Positions 45,155 to 54,184 of a DNA stretch of 64,000 nt are shown piece after piece. The stretch is taken from IMG/VR virus record IMGVR_UViG_3300031227_000013. One strand, written 5' to 3'. Below the pieces are notes generated by a model, which was not told where the DNA came from, searched no databases, and saw only the letters and a list, made by a program, of their open reading frames with translations. The DNA is from a virus. A program made the translations under genes and the position numbers. Positions within the stretch are counted from its first letter, which is position 1, and every line of letters begins with the position of its first letter.

Positions 45155-45418
45155 ATGAGTGAAGTAAAGATAGTGTGTGGGGACGAAGAATTAGTAATAG
45201 GTGATGTTCTGGATACAGTTGTCGTATACAGTAAAGATAATAAGGATAATGAGATATGGTTCCAGACACGCTGTAAGGATTATTATAAGAAGGAACATAC
45301 AGAGGAAGGTTACGAAAATATGATAGTCATTGAATTTGATAAAAGATTCTGGAAGAATAAAGATGTATTAAAACAAGTCGAAGATAAATTCGGAATAGAT
45401 AAGGTGGTAGATTTATAA
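45155..45418 (+). CDS. Hypothetical protein
   Basis: SD AAGGA; follows terL. Confidence 0.7.
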   Translation: MSEVKIVCGDEELVIGDVLDTVVVYSKDNKDNEIWFQTRCKDYYKKEHTEEGYENMIVIEFDKRFWKNKDVLKQVEDKFGIDKVVDL

Positions 45419-46407
45419 TGAAAATAATATCTGAAGAAAGAATAAATGTTCCGACAAACGCCTGTCATGCAGCATCTATTGTATATTATGAGGGAAAGAA
45501 AATAACAGCATGGTTCGGCGGGGAGAGAGAAGGATACCTCTGCTGTATCTATACAAAGGTGGATAATAATCCTATACAGAGAACTTTCAATCCATCGTCG
45601 AGAGGCAGCTCCTGCTGGAACCCTGTTCTATTCACACATAACGATAAATTGTATATGTTTATGAAGGATGGAAGATTCTGTGACTGCTGGCAGACAGTTC
45701 TGTTTACGCTGGAGTTAAAGGGCGGGAAAGTTGTCCCTAAAGATTATATAATGTATCCCGCAGGATTCAACGGCTGTGTCAAGACGAAGCCTATTTTTAA
45801 AGGCAATATGATGGTATGCGGATCGTCCGTGGAAACTGCTATGAACTGGACATCCTATATAGAGGCTTATAAGGAGCCCTTCAACGACTTTAAGGGTAGA
45901 AGGCGCTCTAACCCTATAATTGGACCAATCACCTCTCAGGGGCTGTTACAGCCCGCTATATGGTATGCTGATGAAAAGTACCATGCATTAATGCGGAGTT
46001 CCCGGGATCTTCCATGTATATATTACAGCTCTTCCAGTAATCTATATAACTGGGATAAAGCTGTTCCTACAGATGTAATGAATCCTAACAGCTCTATCGA
46101 TGTCGTCCACCACAGTTCCGGAAAAACATATCTGGTATGTAATCCGGATAGTAGAAACCGGTGTCCTCTGTCTCTGATGGAATTTACTGTTATACTAAAA
46201 AAAGGATTAGTTCTTAAGAAGATGCGGGCTGATCTGGATATAAAAGAAAGTATTGTTATAGACGACGATACTTCAGATACATTCTATCCGGACGCTGTCA
46301 GCAGAGAACTGTCGTATCCTTTCGCCATAGAGAATCCGGACGGGAATATAGAAGTCGCGTACACGTACCACCGTTCGGAAATACGTGTAGCGACTATCAA
46401 ATGTTAA
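45418..46407 (+). CDS. BNR-repeat/sialidase-like beta-propeller protein
   Basis: CHAASIV...AWFGGEREG, WNPVLF, LLQPAI, MRSS, Asp-box-like SSSNLYNW, NPNSSID, RCPLSL, LSYP. Confidence 0.75.
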   Translation: MKIISEERINVPTNACHAASIVYYEGKKITAWFGGEREGYLCCIYTKVDNNPIQRTFNPSSRGSSCWNPVLFTHNDKLYMFMKDGRFCDCWQTVLFTLELKGGKVVPKDYIMYPAGFNGCVKTKPIFKGNMMVCGSSVETAMNWTSYIEAYKEPFNDFKGRRRSNPIIGPITSQGLLQPAIWYADEKYHALMRSSRDLPCIYYSSSSNLYNWDKAVPTDVMNPNSSIDVVHHSSGKTYLVCNPDSRNRCPLSLMEFTVILKKGLVLKKMRADLDIKESIVIDDDTSDTFYPDAVSRELSYPFAIENPDGNIEVAYTYHRSEIRVATIKC

Positions 46408-46424
46408 GGATTCTTTAAATATCT

Positions 46425-46673
46425 TTATAGAATCCTTAATAAATCCGCGAAATATACCATGTCACCAGCTTCTGTGTTATCATGGATGTTTATTTTTGAT
46501 TCCTTTACCAAATTTCTAATACTATCAATAGAACATGTACCATAGGCATGTTGTTCGTTACCTACTCTTGAAATAATACTGAGTTCTTTTATATCACTGA
46601 CATAGAGATAATAATCTCTGTCGTTTCGTGTACCTAAATAGATACATTCCCAATCATGTTTATTCCATTTCAT
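46425..46673 (-). CDS. Hypothetical protein
   Basis: 82-aa ORF with SD. Confidence 0.6.
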   Translation of the reverse strand: MKWNKHDWECIYLGTRNDRDYYLYVSDIKELSIISRVGNEQHAYGTCSIDSIRNLVKESKINIHDNTEAGDMVYFADLLRIL

Positions 46674-46988
46674 CTCTCCTCCTCTTTAGGATTTTCTCTT
46701 GTATATAAGTGTGCTACAGCTTTTTTAGCATACTTATATAATTCTTTCTTTCTTTTTTTCTCAGCCTCCTTTTTAAAATCAAACACAATAGGAGGTTTTG
46801 GTTTATTTTCCATCACAATTTATCCTGAGTAGAGTGAAAACCTGTGTCCACAATCACATATACCGACACATTCGCAGCTTCCATATCCTACTCTAAATTT
46901 ATCCCTACTGCACTCCGGACATTTCACGTCTGGGTTAATATCTTTAAATTCATTGCGTTTATATATTTTATTAGCTTTTCTTATTTTA

Positions 46989-47231
46989 TTATTCATTTTT
47001 TGCTAACTCTTCTTCGAGATCACACGTCAAATCATCTGCGTTTCTAATCTCGACCGTTTCATTTAAACCATTTTCCAACACGTTATCCGGTTCAAAGTCG
47101 AATAATAAAGCATCGCATATTTTATCAATATGATTATCAATCCACTCAGGATTCTTGTCCGATTTGAAATAACCGTAACAACATCCATATTTATGAGTGT
47201 GTTTAACCACATACAATGTCTTTTTATTCAT
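46989..47231 (-). CDS. Hypothetical protein
   Basis: 80-aa ORF in the array. Confidence 0.65.
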   Translation of the reverse strand: MNKKTLYVVKHTHKYGCCYGYFKSDKNPEWIDNHIDKICDALLFDFEPDNVLENGLNETVEIRNADDLTCDLEEELAKNE

Positions 47232-47917
47232 TAGCTTCCCCCTAGTGTAATCTGAGTTTTCATTGGTACAATCTTTTTATTACAATAAATATTGTATACC
47301 TCAACATTATGTAAGGAGGGTAGAAAATTATTAAGATAATCTTCTACCTCTTCTTTTTTATTAAATCCCACCACCTTATATGTGTACCTACAGCAGTCTA
47401 AAATAATATGCCATTTTTTTTCAAGCTCTTTAAAACAACCGTTCGCTTTTATATTTGACACTATAGAATCATTCAGATATTCGAACCCTTTAGTTTTAGC
47501 AAATAAATATTTACGCCCTTCATTTATTTCATTTTGTTCTTTATCAATATTTTGTTTTAATTTTTCAATAGATGTATTGTATATTTTTCTGTGCTGCTCT
47601 ACATTTTCTAATATCGCAGAAAAAGTTTCCGGTACTTCTCGCTCTAGATCTATCCATATTTTTATAAATCTATCTGCTAGATCTCGGGCATAAACGCACA
47701 TATCCTGGAAATAGAAATTGCGAGGGACAAAATGTACTATATAATGTCCTAGCAAATCAGGAACTAAAGTTTTTAGGCCTTTTTCAGCCATTTCCTCTAG
47801 AACATACAAATGACCTTCTTCTAAACCTCTAATGTGATTTATATCTTCTTTTGATAGTTTTAAATCGAGTTCCCAGTTGTTTTTTTTCATTTTGTTACTC
47901 CTCCGTCCCACAGCCAA
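47231..47917 (-). CDS. Hypothetical protein with a coiled coil
   Basis: About 220-aa ORF. Confidence 0.65.
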   Translation of the reverse strand: MAVGRRSNKMKKNNWELDLKLSKEDINHIRGLEEGHLYVLEEMAEKGLKTLVPDLLGHYIVHFVPRNFYFQDMCVYARDLADRFIKIWIDLEREVPETFSAILENVEQHRKIYNTSIEKLKQNIDKEQNEINEGRKYLFAKTKGFEYLNDSIVSNIKANGCFKELEKKWHIILDCCRYTYKVVGFNKKEEVEDYLNNFLPSLHNVEVYNIYCNKKIVPMKTQITLGGS

Positions 47918-48150
47918 TCTACAGCCGGTTTAATTCCGCCCCACTCTATCACTCCCGGTGTGGGTTTATTTTTATCATCGTCACATGACTTGGCGAATAG
48001 CATTATAACAATACAAACTATGATAAAAGTAGCACACCCACATCCACAATCTATATTATCTTCTTCAGAATCTTCACTCATTCTTTCTTCTCCTCTGTTG
48101 AAGAATAGGAAGGGAATATAAAGAATGCCACAAACAGAAACCAGCCCCAA
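47887..48150 (-). CDS. Small membrane protein
   Basis: CGCGC followed by a hydrophobic helix. Confidence 0.55.
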   Translation of the reverse strand: MGLVSVCGILYIPFLFFNRGEERMSEDSEEDNIDCGCGCATFIIVCIVIMLFAKSCDDDKNKPTPGVIEWGGIKPAVDWLWDGGVTK

Positions 48151-48351
48151 CCTTCTACATCACTAACAGCCAGATATACTGCGGACAGTATACAAATTAT
48201 ACTAGCTGTTGTTAAATACATAAATGTCTTCATATAATCTCTCCGCAGAAAGAACATACAAGATGTACGTCCTCGCCTATCGTTGCCTGCAGGATAGGTC
48301 GTTCTTTACGGCATCTCCTGCATTCCTTCTTTAGGGTTGTTTTCTTAATTA

Positions 48352-48600
48352 CTACCGGCATGGCCTTATCTCCCCCACTACTCCACCCATAATAAAGCAT
48401 ATAAAGAAGGTTATCCAGCCCGCTACACCTGCAAAGACAATCTTTGCTACACCTAATGCGACATCCATAGGTATAAGAACAGTTGCCCGGGCAGCTTCTA
48501 CAACATCGATGATGCCTCCAATAAAACATACCCATACTCCTACATACAGCCCAAGGATAATCCCTATGGTCCATATAATTATTACTATTAACATTTTCAT
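48352..48600 (-). CDS. Small two-helix membrane protein
   Basis: Highly hydrophobic 82 aa. Confidence 0.65.
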   Translation of the reverse strand: MKMLIVIIIWTIGIILGLYVGVWVCFIGGIIDVVEAARATVLIPMDVALGVAKIVFAGVAGWITFFICFIMGGVVGEIRPCR

Positions 48601-48875
48601 TCTTTCCCCCTTAATTCCTTGAACCGCTCATCGGTCCCCCCGGATGGATCCTTTACCCACCACGAGCCTCCTACCTCTATTCCGCCTTTCTCCTTAAAGC
48701 TTTTCTTATTCATTGTCATGTATCCTGCATACACAGCACATTCGAATGAACAAAAAGCTTTTGCTTCTTCTGGGAAGTCATCTCTGACTTCTACATATTG
48801 AGGACCGCGGGGCTTGAGTGTACTCCACCGCTCTACAAACTCACAGCCCTTTGCTCCGCATTTAATCTTTTTCAT
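48597..48875 (-). CDS. Small Cys-containing protein
   Basis: CGAKGC...FCSFEC. Confidence 0.65.
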   Translation of the reverse strand: MKKIKCGAKGCEFVERWSTLKPRGPQYVEVRDDFPEEAKAFCSFECAVYAGYMTMNKKSFKEKGGIEVGGSWWVKDPSGGTDERFKELRGKE

Positions 48876-49167
48876 CTAATTCCCAATCGTACATTGTGAA
48901 ACAATTAAGACGTTCATCCTCTTCAGGGAACTGGGCCTTCATTGTTTTTTTTACTTTGGCGCGTTGTTCTTTATCGAGACCAAATATTAATCTCAGCGTA
49001 CCACAATTTGTACATACAACATGAATGGAGGGGTGACTACTACCACCACCTATAGCTCCTCGATCTTCTCTTATTGTTATGTACTTTTCTTTATGGGAAC
49101 AACTTTCTCTTAATTCTTTGATATCAAGATTAAGTTTTTTTCTTAATTCACGTAGTTTACTCTTCAT
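48862..49167 (-). CDS. Small zinc-binding protein
   Basis: CSH...CTNC. Confidence 0.65.
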   Translation of the reverse strand: MKSKLRELRKKLNLDIKELRESCSHKEKYITIREDRGAIGGGSSHPSIHVVCTNCGTLRLIFGLDKEQRAKVKKTMKAQFPEEDERLNCFTMYDWELDEKD

Positions 49168-49180
49168 TCTTTATCTCCAA

Positions 49181-49200
49181 TAGTCTACCATGGTAGACTA
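49181..49200. repeat. 20-bp perfect palindrome TAGTCTACCATGGTAGACTA containing the 14-mer (copy 4)
   Basis: Exact match; lies just upstream of the SD of 48862..49167. Confidence 0.9.
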
Positions 49201-49527
49201 TTTAGTTTTAAGAAGATCGACAGCCTTGTCTATCTTCTCATCTACTTTTGTGAACAACTTTTCCACATTATCTGCGGTTGCCAACTTCGATCCCTCCACC
49301 ATCAGGTAAGCCTTAATGAGACTCTGCTGGGAGGGTATAAAAGCCAAACATATTAAACATAATATCCCAATAGGTATCGAACATCTTAATACCCAGCGAT
49401 TAATTTCAAAAGGTACGTCGCTGCACCTCATGATTACCGTTATTATGGTAATTACAACACAAAAAATAACTGATATTATTAGCACTGCCTGGACTGAATC
49501 CAGTATGGATAACATATAAGTTTCCAT
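49198..49527 (-). CDS. Small membrane protein
   Basis: Two hydrophobic helices; FIPS motif. Confidence 0.7.
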   Translation of the reverse strand: METYMLSILDSVQAVLIISVIFCVVITIITVIMRCSDVPFEINRWVLRCSIPIGILCLICLAFIPSQQSLIKAYLMVEGSKLATADNVEKLFTKVDEKIDKAVDLLKTK

Positions 49528-49858
49528 TTTACTCCTTTGTTTTTAGGTTACAGAGCTCAGCCCTGAGTAGGGTGTTCTCCTCTTTAACCTCTTTAAGCTC
49601 TTTTTTAACTAGAACCAGTTCCAGCTCTGTCTGGTTAAAGTCATCCCTGATTGTCTCGTCCTTCCACCAGGTGTCCTTCCTAACTTGGGACATTCCTCCT
49701 CCTCCTCCTGTTAATTGGTGTATTTATAAAAAAGTAGACGGGGATGGGTTCTTACGAACCCCATAACTCTTCCGTAACATCCTCCTGGGTGGTACCCTAT
49801 TCACAGGGTGTGCCAAGAGCGTGAATAATGTCTAAGAAGTAAACTCCCCGCCTATTAT

Positions 49859-49889
49859 ATTATGCCAATAATATGACATTAATTAAGTA
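49859..49889 (-). promoter_or_regulatory. Recurrent promoter-like motif, copy 6
   Basis: TACTTA-N19-CATAAT, directly after a terminator (about 49893-49918). Confidence 0.65.
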
Positions 49890-49916
49890 GCTAAAAAAAG
49901 GGCCTAAGCCCTCTTT

Positions 49917-50279
49917 TTATTCATTACTCCAAACTATCTGAATATTAGGAGATGTTTTTATAATCTCAGTAATATGCTCATCGCAGTACGATACATCCAC
50001 CCGTACTATCTCATTATCCTTAGATAACTTTCTAATCTTTTTCTTTATTTCATTTAGCTTATCTTCCTCCATATAACCTGATTCTAACCACTCTTCCGCC
50101 TCTTTAAGACCTTCACCCCTAAATTCAGTGTCCGAGTCGTTAGATCCTTCTATCATCTGGATAAAATTATCATATGTTAAATCACTCCTCCCGCAAAGGG
50201 AGCAGGGGATAGCTTCTTTAATAGCGAGTATAAAACTACTGCTCGAACTATTACTTACGAATCCTTTTCTATTCTTCAT
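49917..50279 (-). CDS. GFVSNSSSSSF-family protein
   Basis: MKNRKGFVSNSSSSSFIL; CSLC. Confidence 0.85.
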   Translation of the reverse strand: MKNRKGFVSNSSSSSFILAIKEAIPCSLCGRSDLTYDNFIQMIEGSNDSDTEFRGEGLKEAEEWLESGYMEEDKLNEIKKKIRKLSKDNEIVRVDVSYCDEHITEIIKTSPNIQIVWSNE

Positions 50280-50736
50280 CTTCTATGATTTCCCATCCTG
50301 CACCGCTTCTTGGATGTTCCAGACAGACTGTGTTATTTCGTCGGTCCAGAGTAAATCCAGCCCCGAGAACTTCTCTGCGAATCCACTCGATTATTTTCTC
50401 AGCTTCTCCGTCAGCACTAAAGTGTTCCTTCATTATCCATACACCGGCATCCTCCAGCTCATAGTAATCCTTTTCACTATAAGGATGTCCATGTCCACCA
50501 TCAGCATAAAAGTGTATCTTATCTCTCGGAACTTTCAGAACCTCTGTATCACCTTCACAGACGAAGTCAGTTAAGTACACTACTTCATCGTCTGGGATAT
50601 CCAGCTTAAGATATCCCAATACTTTTTTACGCTGTTCTTTTTCCAGCAGTACAGAATTACATCTGGAAGGCTCATCCCCAATAACTATAAAACTGCTACT
50701 GGAGCTGTTGCTCACAAATCTTATTCTATTCTTCAT
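50269..50736 (-). CDS. GFVSNSSSSSF-family protein
   Basis: MKNRIRFVSNSSSSSFIV. Confidence 0.85.
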   Translation of the reverse strand: MKNRIRFVSNSSSSSFIVIGDEPSRCNSVLLEKEQRKKVLGYLKLDIPDDEVVYLTDFVCEGDTEVLKVPRDKIHFYADGGHGHPYSEKDYYELEDAGVWIMKEHFSADGEAEKIIEWIRREVLGAGFTLDRRNNTVCLEHPRSGAGWEIIEDEE

Positions 50737-50738
50737 GT

Positions 50739-51014
50739 TTAGTCATCCCATTCAATATGGTCTTCATCAACCTTGACTATCTCGGTAAGGAAGTAATGCA
50801 TATCGAAATTATCCATCATTGTACTTCCTCGAATGTGATCTTTATGATTCTTTATATCCCAGGGCATATCATAATCCATATCTTCCTTTAGGATTCCCTT
50901 GGCGACATTGATATGATCATAAATCATATTTAACTGCTCATTATTCAAATATTTTTTCTGTATTATAAATGAACTGCTCGAGCTGTTACTTACAAATCCT
51001 CTTCGATTCTTCAT
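50739..51014 (-). CDS. GFVSNSSSSSF-family protein
   Basis: MKNRRGFVSNSSSSSFII. Confidence 0.85.
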   Translation of the reverse strand: MKNRRGFVSNSSSSSFIIQKKYLNNEQLNMIYDHINVAKGILKEDMDYDMPWDIKNHKDHIRGSTMMDNFDMHYFLTEIVKVDEDHIEWDD

Positions 51015-51310
51015 CCATCACGTCCTCCGTCGACACACCAACCTATATCTTTATACTCTACGGCAATTCCAGCACGTGTGAGTTCTTCCATAATTCTTTC
51101 TCTAAAAAGGTTGACTGTTTCATCGTCTTTCATGTTTTCAACATGCATCCCTACAACAACCTGTTCATAAAACTCATCTATTCCATGACAATACGTTAAG
51201 GCAGAATCCTGTATAGATATATTCTCCCAGACCGATTCTTCTAATACAATTCCCATAATACAGAAACTGCTGCTGGAACTGTTACTTACAAATCCTCTTC
51301 TATATTTCAT
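51011..51310 (-). CDS. GFVSNSSSSSF-family protein
   Basis: MKYRRGFVSNSSSSSFCI. Confidence 0.85.
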   Translation of the reverse strand: MKYRRGFVSNSSSSSFCIMGIVLEESVWENISIQDSALTYCHGIDEFYEQVVVGMHVENMKDDETVNLFRERIMEELTRAGIAVEYKDIGWCVDGGRDG

Positions 51311-51321
51311 AATATTCCCTG

Positions 51322-52437
51322 TTAAATGTTAAATAAAGGACAGTGTCGAACACCATCACGAATTGTTCCCAGACTTATCTTCCTCCATTTATTTACTAGA
51401 GGAGAAAACCATACATCGTCCAGAAAGTCATTACAATTAATTACATCAATACCTTTATCCCATCCTCCTTCCCCTTCTGCGAAGGAACATGGAAAATATT
51501 TTCCTTCCCAGTTAAAATAACTTGAGAACAGCCCGAAGCTTTCGCAGGACTCGCTCATCTTAAAATATTCCGGATACATATCACTATCCCGCACAGCATC
51601 CAGAAACTTAGGCGCGGAACAACTGTCGAAGCCGAAATCTATTTTGGCTTTCAAAGCTATATCCACTAATACTTTAAACTTTTCAGCAGATAGAGGTGTA
51701 AAATTAACTCCTCTTCCCTTCTTCTTTAAAGACAGCATCACAACAGCCCCCATCTTACTCAGACGTTCATCACTCTGTATATCTTTAAACAAAGTCAATG
51801 TATCTTCAAAACTTTCTTCATAGATACAGACATGTATATTTGTCTGCTTCAGACCCCTGTCAGTCAGCTTCTTCACTGATTCATAACAGCAGTTCTTATT
51901 CTGTGTCGGGTAATAGGATACACTCACAGCCCCTACATACTCCACTAACTTATCCGCGGTCTCGTCCGATATATCAGCCACGGTTATATTAGGAATTACT
52001 TCTGTATAGGGATTATTACGGCAGTAATACATCATCCTCCACAAGTCGGGATTAGCTGTAGCCTGTGCATCTGCTCCGAAAGCTATCTGAGTCAATACCT
52101 TCCAGGGCTTTATCTCCCCGTCTATAACTCTGGAACATAGCTTATCAAATAATTGTTTAAATACCTCGAAAGACATATTAGAAGTATTAGACGGATTATT
52201 TCCCTTATAGCACATGGGGCATACCTTACGGGAAGATTCATCGTTAAGATCACATCGCACTCCATGACATATTTCAGTAATCTCAATATCAGCTATCTCC
52301 GGACCGTATACAGACATATCCGGATCCTCTTCCTCTGTCTCGCCCCAGCGCATAAAATCACCGCTTATCTTATTAAAAACATAATTATACTTTTTTGAGG
52401 ATAAAACTTTTGTATCCTCTGTTTCTATAAATTTCAT
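51322..52437 (-). CDS. Radical SAM enzyme with a SPASM/twitch-like C-terminus
   Basis: IEITEICHG-(insert)-CPMCY cluster motif, IAFG, SVS, C-terminal CES...EGKYFPCSF...CPLF. Confidence 0.82.
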   Translation of the reverse strand: MKFIETEDTKVLSSKKYNYVFNKISGDFMRWGETEEEDPDMSVYGPEIADIEITEICHGVRCDLNDESSRKVCPMCYKGNNPSNTSNMSFEVFKQLFDKLCSRVIDGEIKPWKVLTQIAFGADAQATANPDLWRMMYYCRNNPYTEVIPNITVADISDETADKLVEYVGAVSVSYYPTQNKNCCYESVKKLTDRGLKQTNIHVCIYEESFEDTLTLFKDIQSDERLSKMGAVVMLSLKKKGRGVNFTPLSAEKFKVLVDIALKAKIDFGFDSCSAPKFLDAVRDSDMYPEYFKMSESCESFGLFSSYFNWEGKYFPCSFAEGEGGWDKGIDVINCNDFLDDVWFSPLVNKWRKISLGTIRDGVRHCPLFNI

Positions 52438-52439
52438 AC

Positions 52440-52694
52440 CTATGTAATTTTTCCTTTCTTTTTATTTACCTGCCAGTTCAACCACACAACAAAAGGCTGT
52501 TGATTATCTTCACTTACCAGACAATCCGAACATGCACCCTGACTACAATTATGACAAATTACTTCATTTATTTTATCGTCCAGATCTGTCCAATCTCTTT
52601 TTGTATCCGGACGATTTAGCTCGTCAAAATATGTAGTTACAAAATCATACATTTCAGAAGGAATTGTTAACCCTTGGAATGCTTCTTTACTCAT
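52440..52694 (-). CDS. Small Cys-rich FQG-family protein
   Basis: EAFQGLTIP...CHNCSQGACSDCLVS...WLNWQ. Confidence 0.75.
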   Translation of the reverse strand: MSKEAFQGLTIPSEMYDFVTTYFDELNRPDTKRDWTDLDDKINEVICHNCSQGACSDCLVSEDNQQPFVVWLNWQVNKKKGKIT

Positions 52695-52944
52695 CTGCCT
52701 TAACCTTATTCAACTGCCATTTTATCCACACTAAAAATGCCTTTCTATTTATTGAAGATACCAGGCAGTCGGTGCACTCACATTTTGTACAAACACCGGG
52801 ACAGCAAAATACATCTCTCTTTGCCCTAATCCAAGCAGGGTTTGTATTATAATTACAATTACAAAAATCATTAAAAAAATCTAGATTATCCATAAAAAAA
52901 GAAGGTAATGCTGGATGTATATCTTTATCTTGAAATGTTCCCAC
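52687..52944 (-). CDS. Small Cys-rich FQG-family protein
   Basis: MGTFQD...CTKCECTDCLVS...WIKWQL. Confidence 0.75.
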   Translation of the reverse strand: MGTFQDKDIHPALPSFFMDNLDFFNDFCNCNYNTNPAWIRAKRDVFCCPGVCTKCECTDCLVSSINRKAFLVWIKWQLNKVKADE

Positions 52945-53237
52945 TATTTACTCTCCTCATAGTTTATCTTACCCATTTTCTCCACGGGTACAAATACGTC
53001 GTATCCATCATCTTTTTCCGGATGCTGAATAGTCTCTTCGAATACATGCTTCCACTTATGTCTCCAATAAATAAATTCCTTCCCATCCCATCTGGATACT
53101 TCAGCATTCCTGCAAATGCCTTTATATACCCCGTCCTTTTCCAGATCCTCAAGAGCTATCATCCCCTGTTTTTTCAACTGCTTTATTACTTCGAGAGTTA
53201 ATTCCTGCGGTAAACATCTAAAATTAATTTCCTGCAT
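52944..53237 (-). CDS. Conserved phage hypothetical protein
   Basis: G-x-CRNA...W-x-G-x-x-FIYWR...HPEKDDGYDVFVP. Confidence 0.75.
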   Translation of the reverse strand: MQEINFRCLPQELTLEVIKQLKKQGMIALEDLEKDGVYKGICRNAEVSRWDGKEFIYWRHKWKHVFEETIQHPEKDDGYDVFVPVEKMGKINYEESK

Positions 53238-53296
53238 ATATATCCCCCTGTTAATAATATGTTATTTTTAAAAAATAGTTATATCACTATTAATAT

Positions 53297-53327
53297 ATTA
53301 TGCCAAAAAAAGGGGGAAAATTTAGGT
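53297..53327 (-). promoter_or_regulatory. Recurrent promoter-like motif, copy 7
   Basis: ACCTAA-N19-CATAAT with T7GG. Confidence 0.65.
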
Positions 53328-53510
53328 AGAACAGCTTTTAAGCGTATTCCATTTTTGGTGAGTCTAGTTGATGTTCCATTTTCTCAGTGCATGGAACACA
53401 CACGTGTTTATGGAACATATTATCTGTTGAAGGAGCTTCGACAGATATTAAATACATATCTCCGCAGGTGGGACATAGACATACTATTTTCAGTTTCTTT
53501 AAAAGTGTTT

Positions 53511-54179
53511 TCATTCTGCCGGAAGCTCCACATTTTCTAAGAAAGAGAGGTCCCCATTTTTAATAGGGAGTTGTCTAAGTTGAACAAGAAGTTCTTTGGT
53601 TTTATCTATAGCGTCTTTTTCGGAGTCTTCCAGCAAAGTTTTGTGGCTGTCCCAATAAGACTTAAACGTAAATTCATCTGATGCTAACATAATATCTCTA
53701 TTATCAATTTCACTTTCATTAATCTCTGCGAAATTAAGAATAGAAGGGGGTTTCGTCATACCATGCTGAGTGAGGAGAGTTCCTGTATACACAGCTATGT
53801 CGTGTGAAAATCCCTCAGCATCATATGTATCAGGGCCTTCCAAAATACGCGCTTCGGAACAGCCCCATAAAATATCCTCTATCGACGCAGGTACCAGCAT
53901 CTCGGAAGATATTCTACTGAAGTTAAAAATCTGAACAAGATTATTCCAGGTCTCAAAAGATACATGGAATAGGTTAGTACTCATTAGAACGGATACAGCC
54001 ATTAGCTTATCCATCAATCCGGTAGTGACATCAACGCGTAGTCCATGCAGCTCCATCTCAACGGTTTCCGGTTCCCAGTCCACCCAGCCCGCATCAAAAT
54101 TATCCATCATCAGTGCTGCGGCACATGTGCTGAATAATCCAGGGTCGTTAAAAGCGTCTTGCTGTGTCCTGTATTCCAT
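53511..54179 (-). CDS. Hypothetical protein (probable virion/morphogenesis)
   Basis: 222-aa acidic ORF co-oriented with 54185..55204. Confidence 0.7.
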   Translation of the reverse strand: MEYRTQQDAFNDPGLFSTCAAALMMDNFDAGWVDWEPETVEMELHGLRVDVTTGLMDKLMAVSVLMSTNLFHVSFETWNNLVQIFNFSRISSEMLVPASIEDILWGCSEARILEGPDTYDAEGFSHDIAVYTGTLLTQHGMTKPPSILNFAEINESEIDNRDIMLASDEFTFKSYWDSHKTLLEDSEKDAIDKTKELLVQLRQLPIKNGDLSFLENVELPAE

Positions 54180-54184
54180 CGGTA

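Noticed and set aside
53259-53540. Plus-strand ORF MLFLKNS...
   Set aside because: Overlaps a promoter motif and opposes both neighbours; no SD; likely spurious
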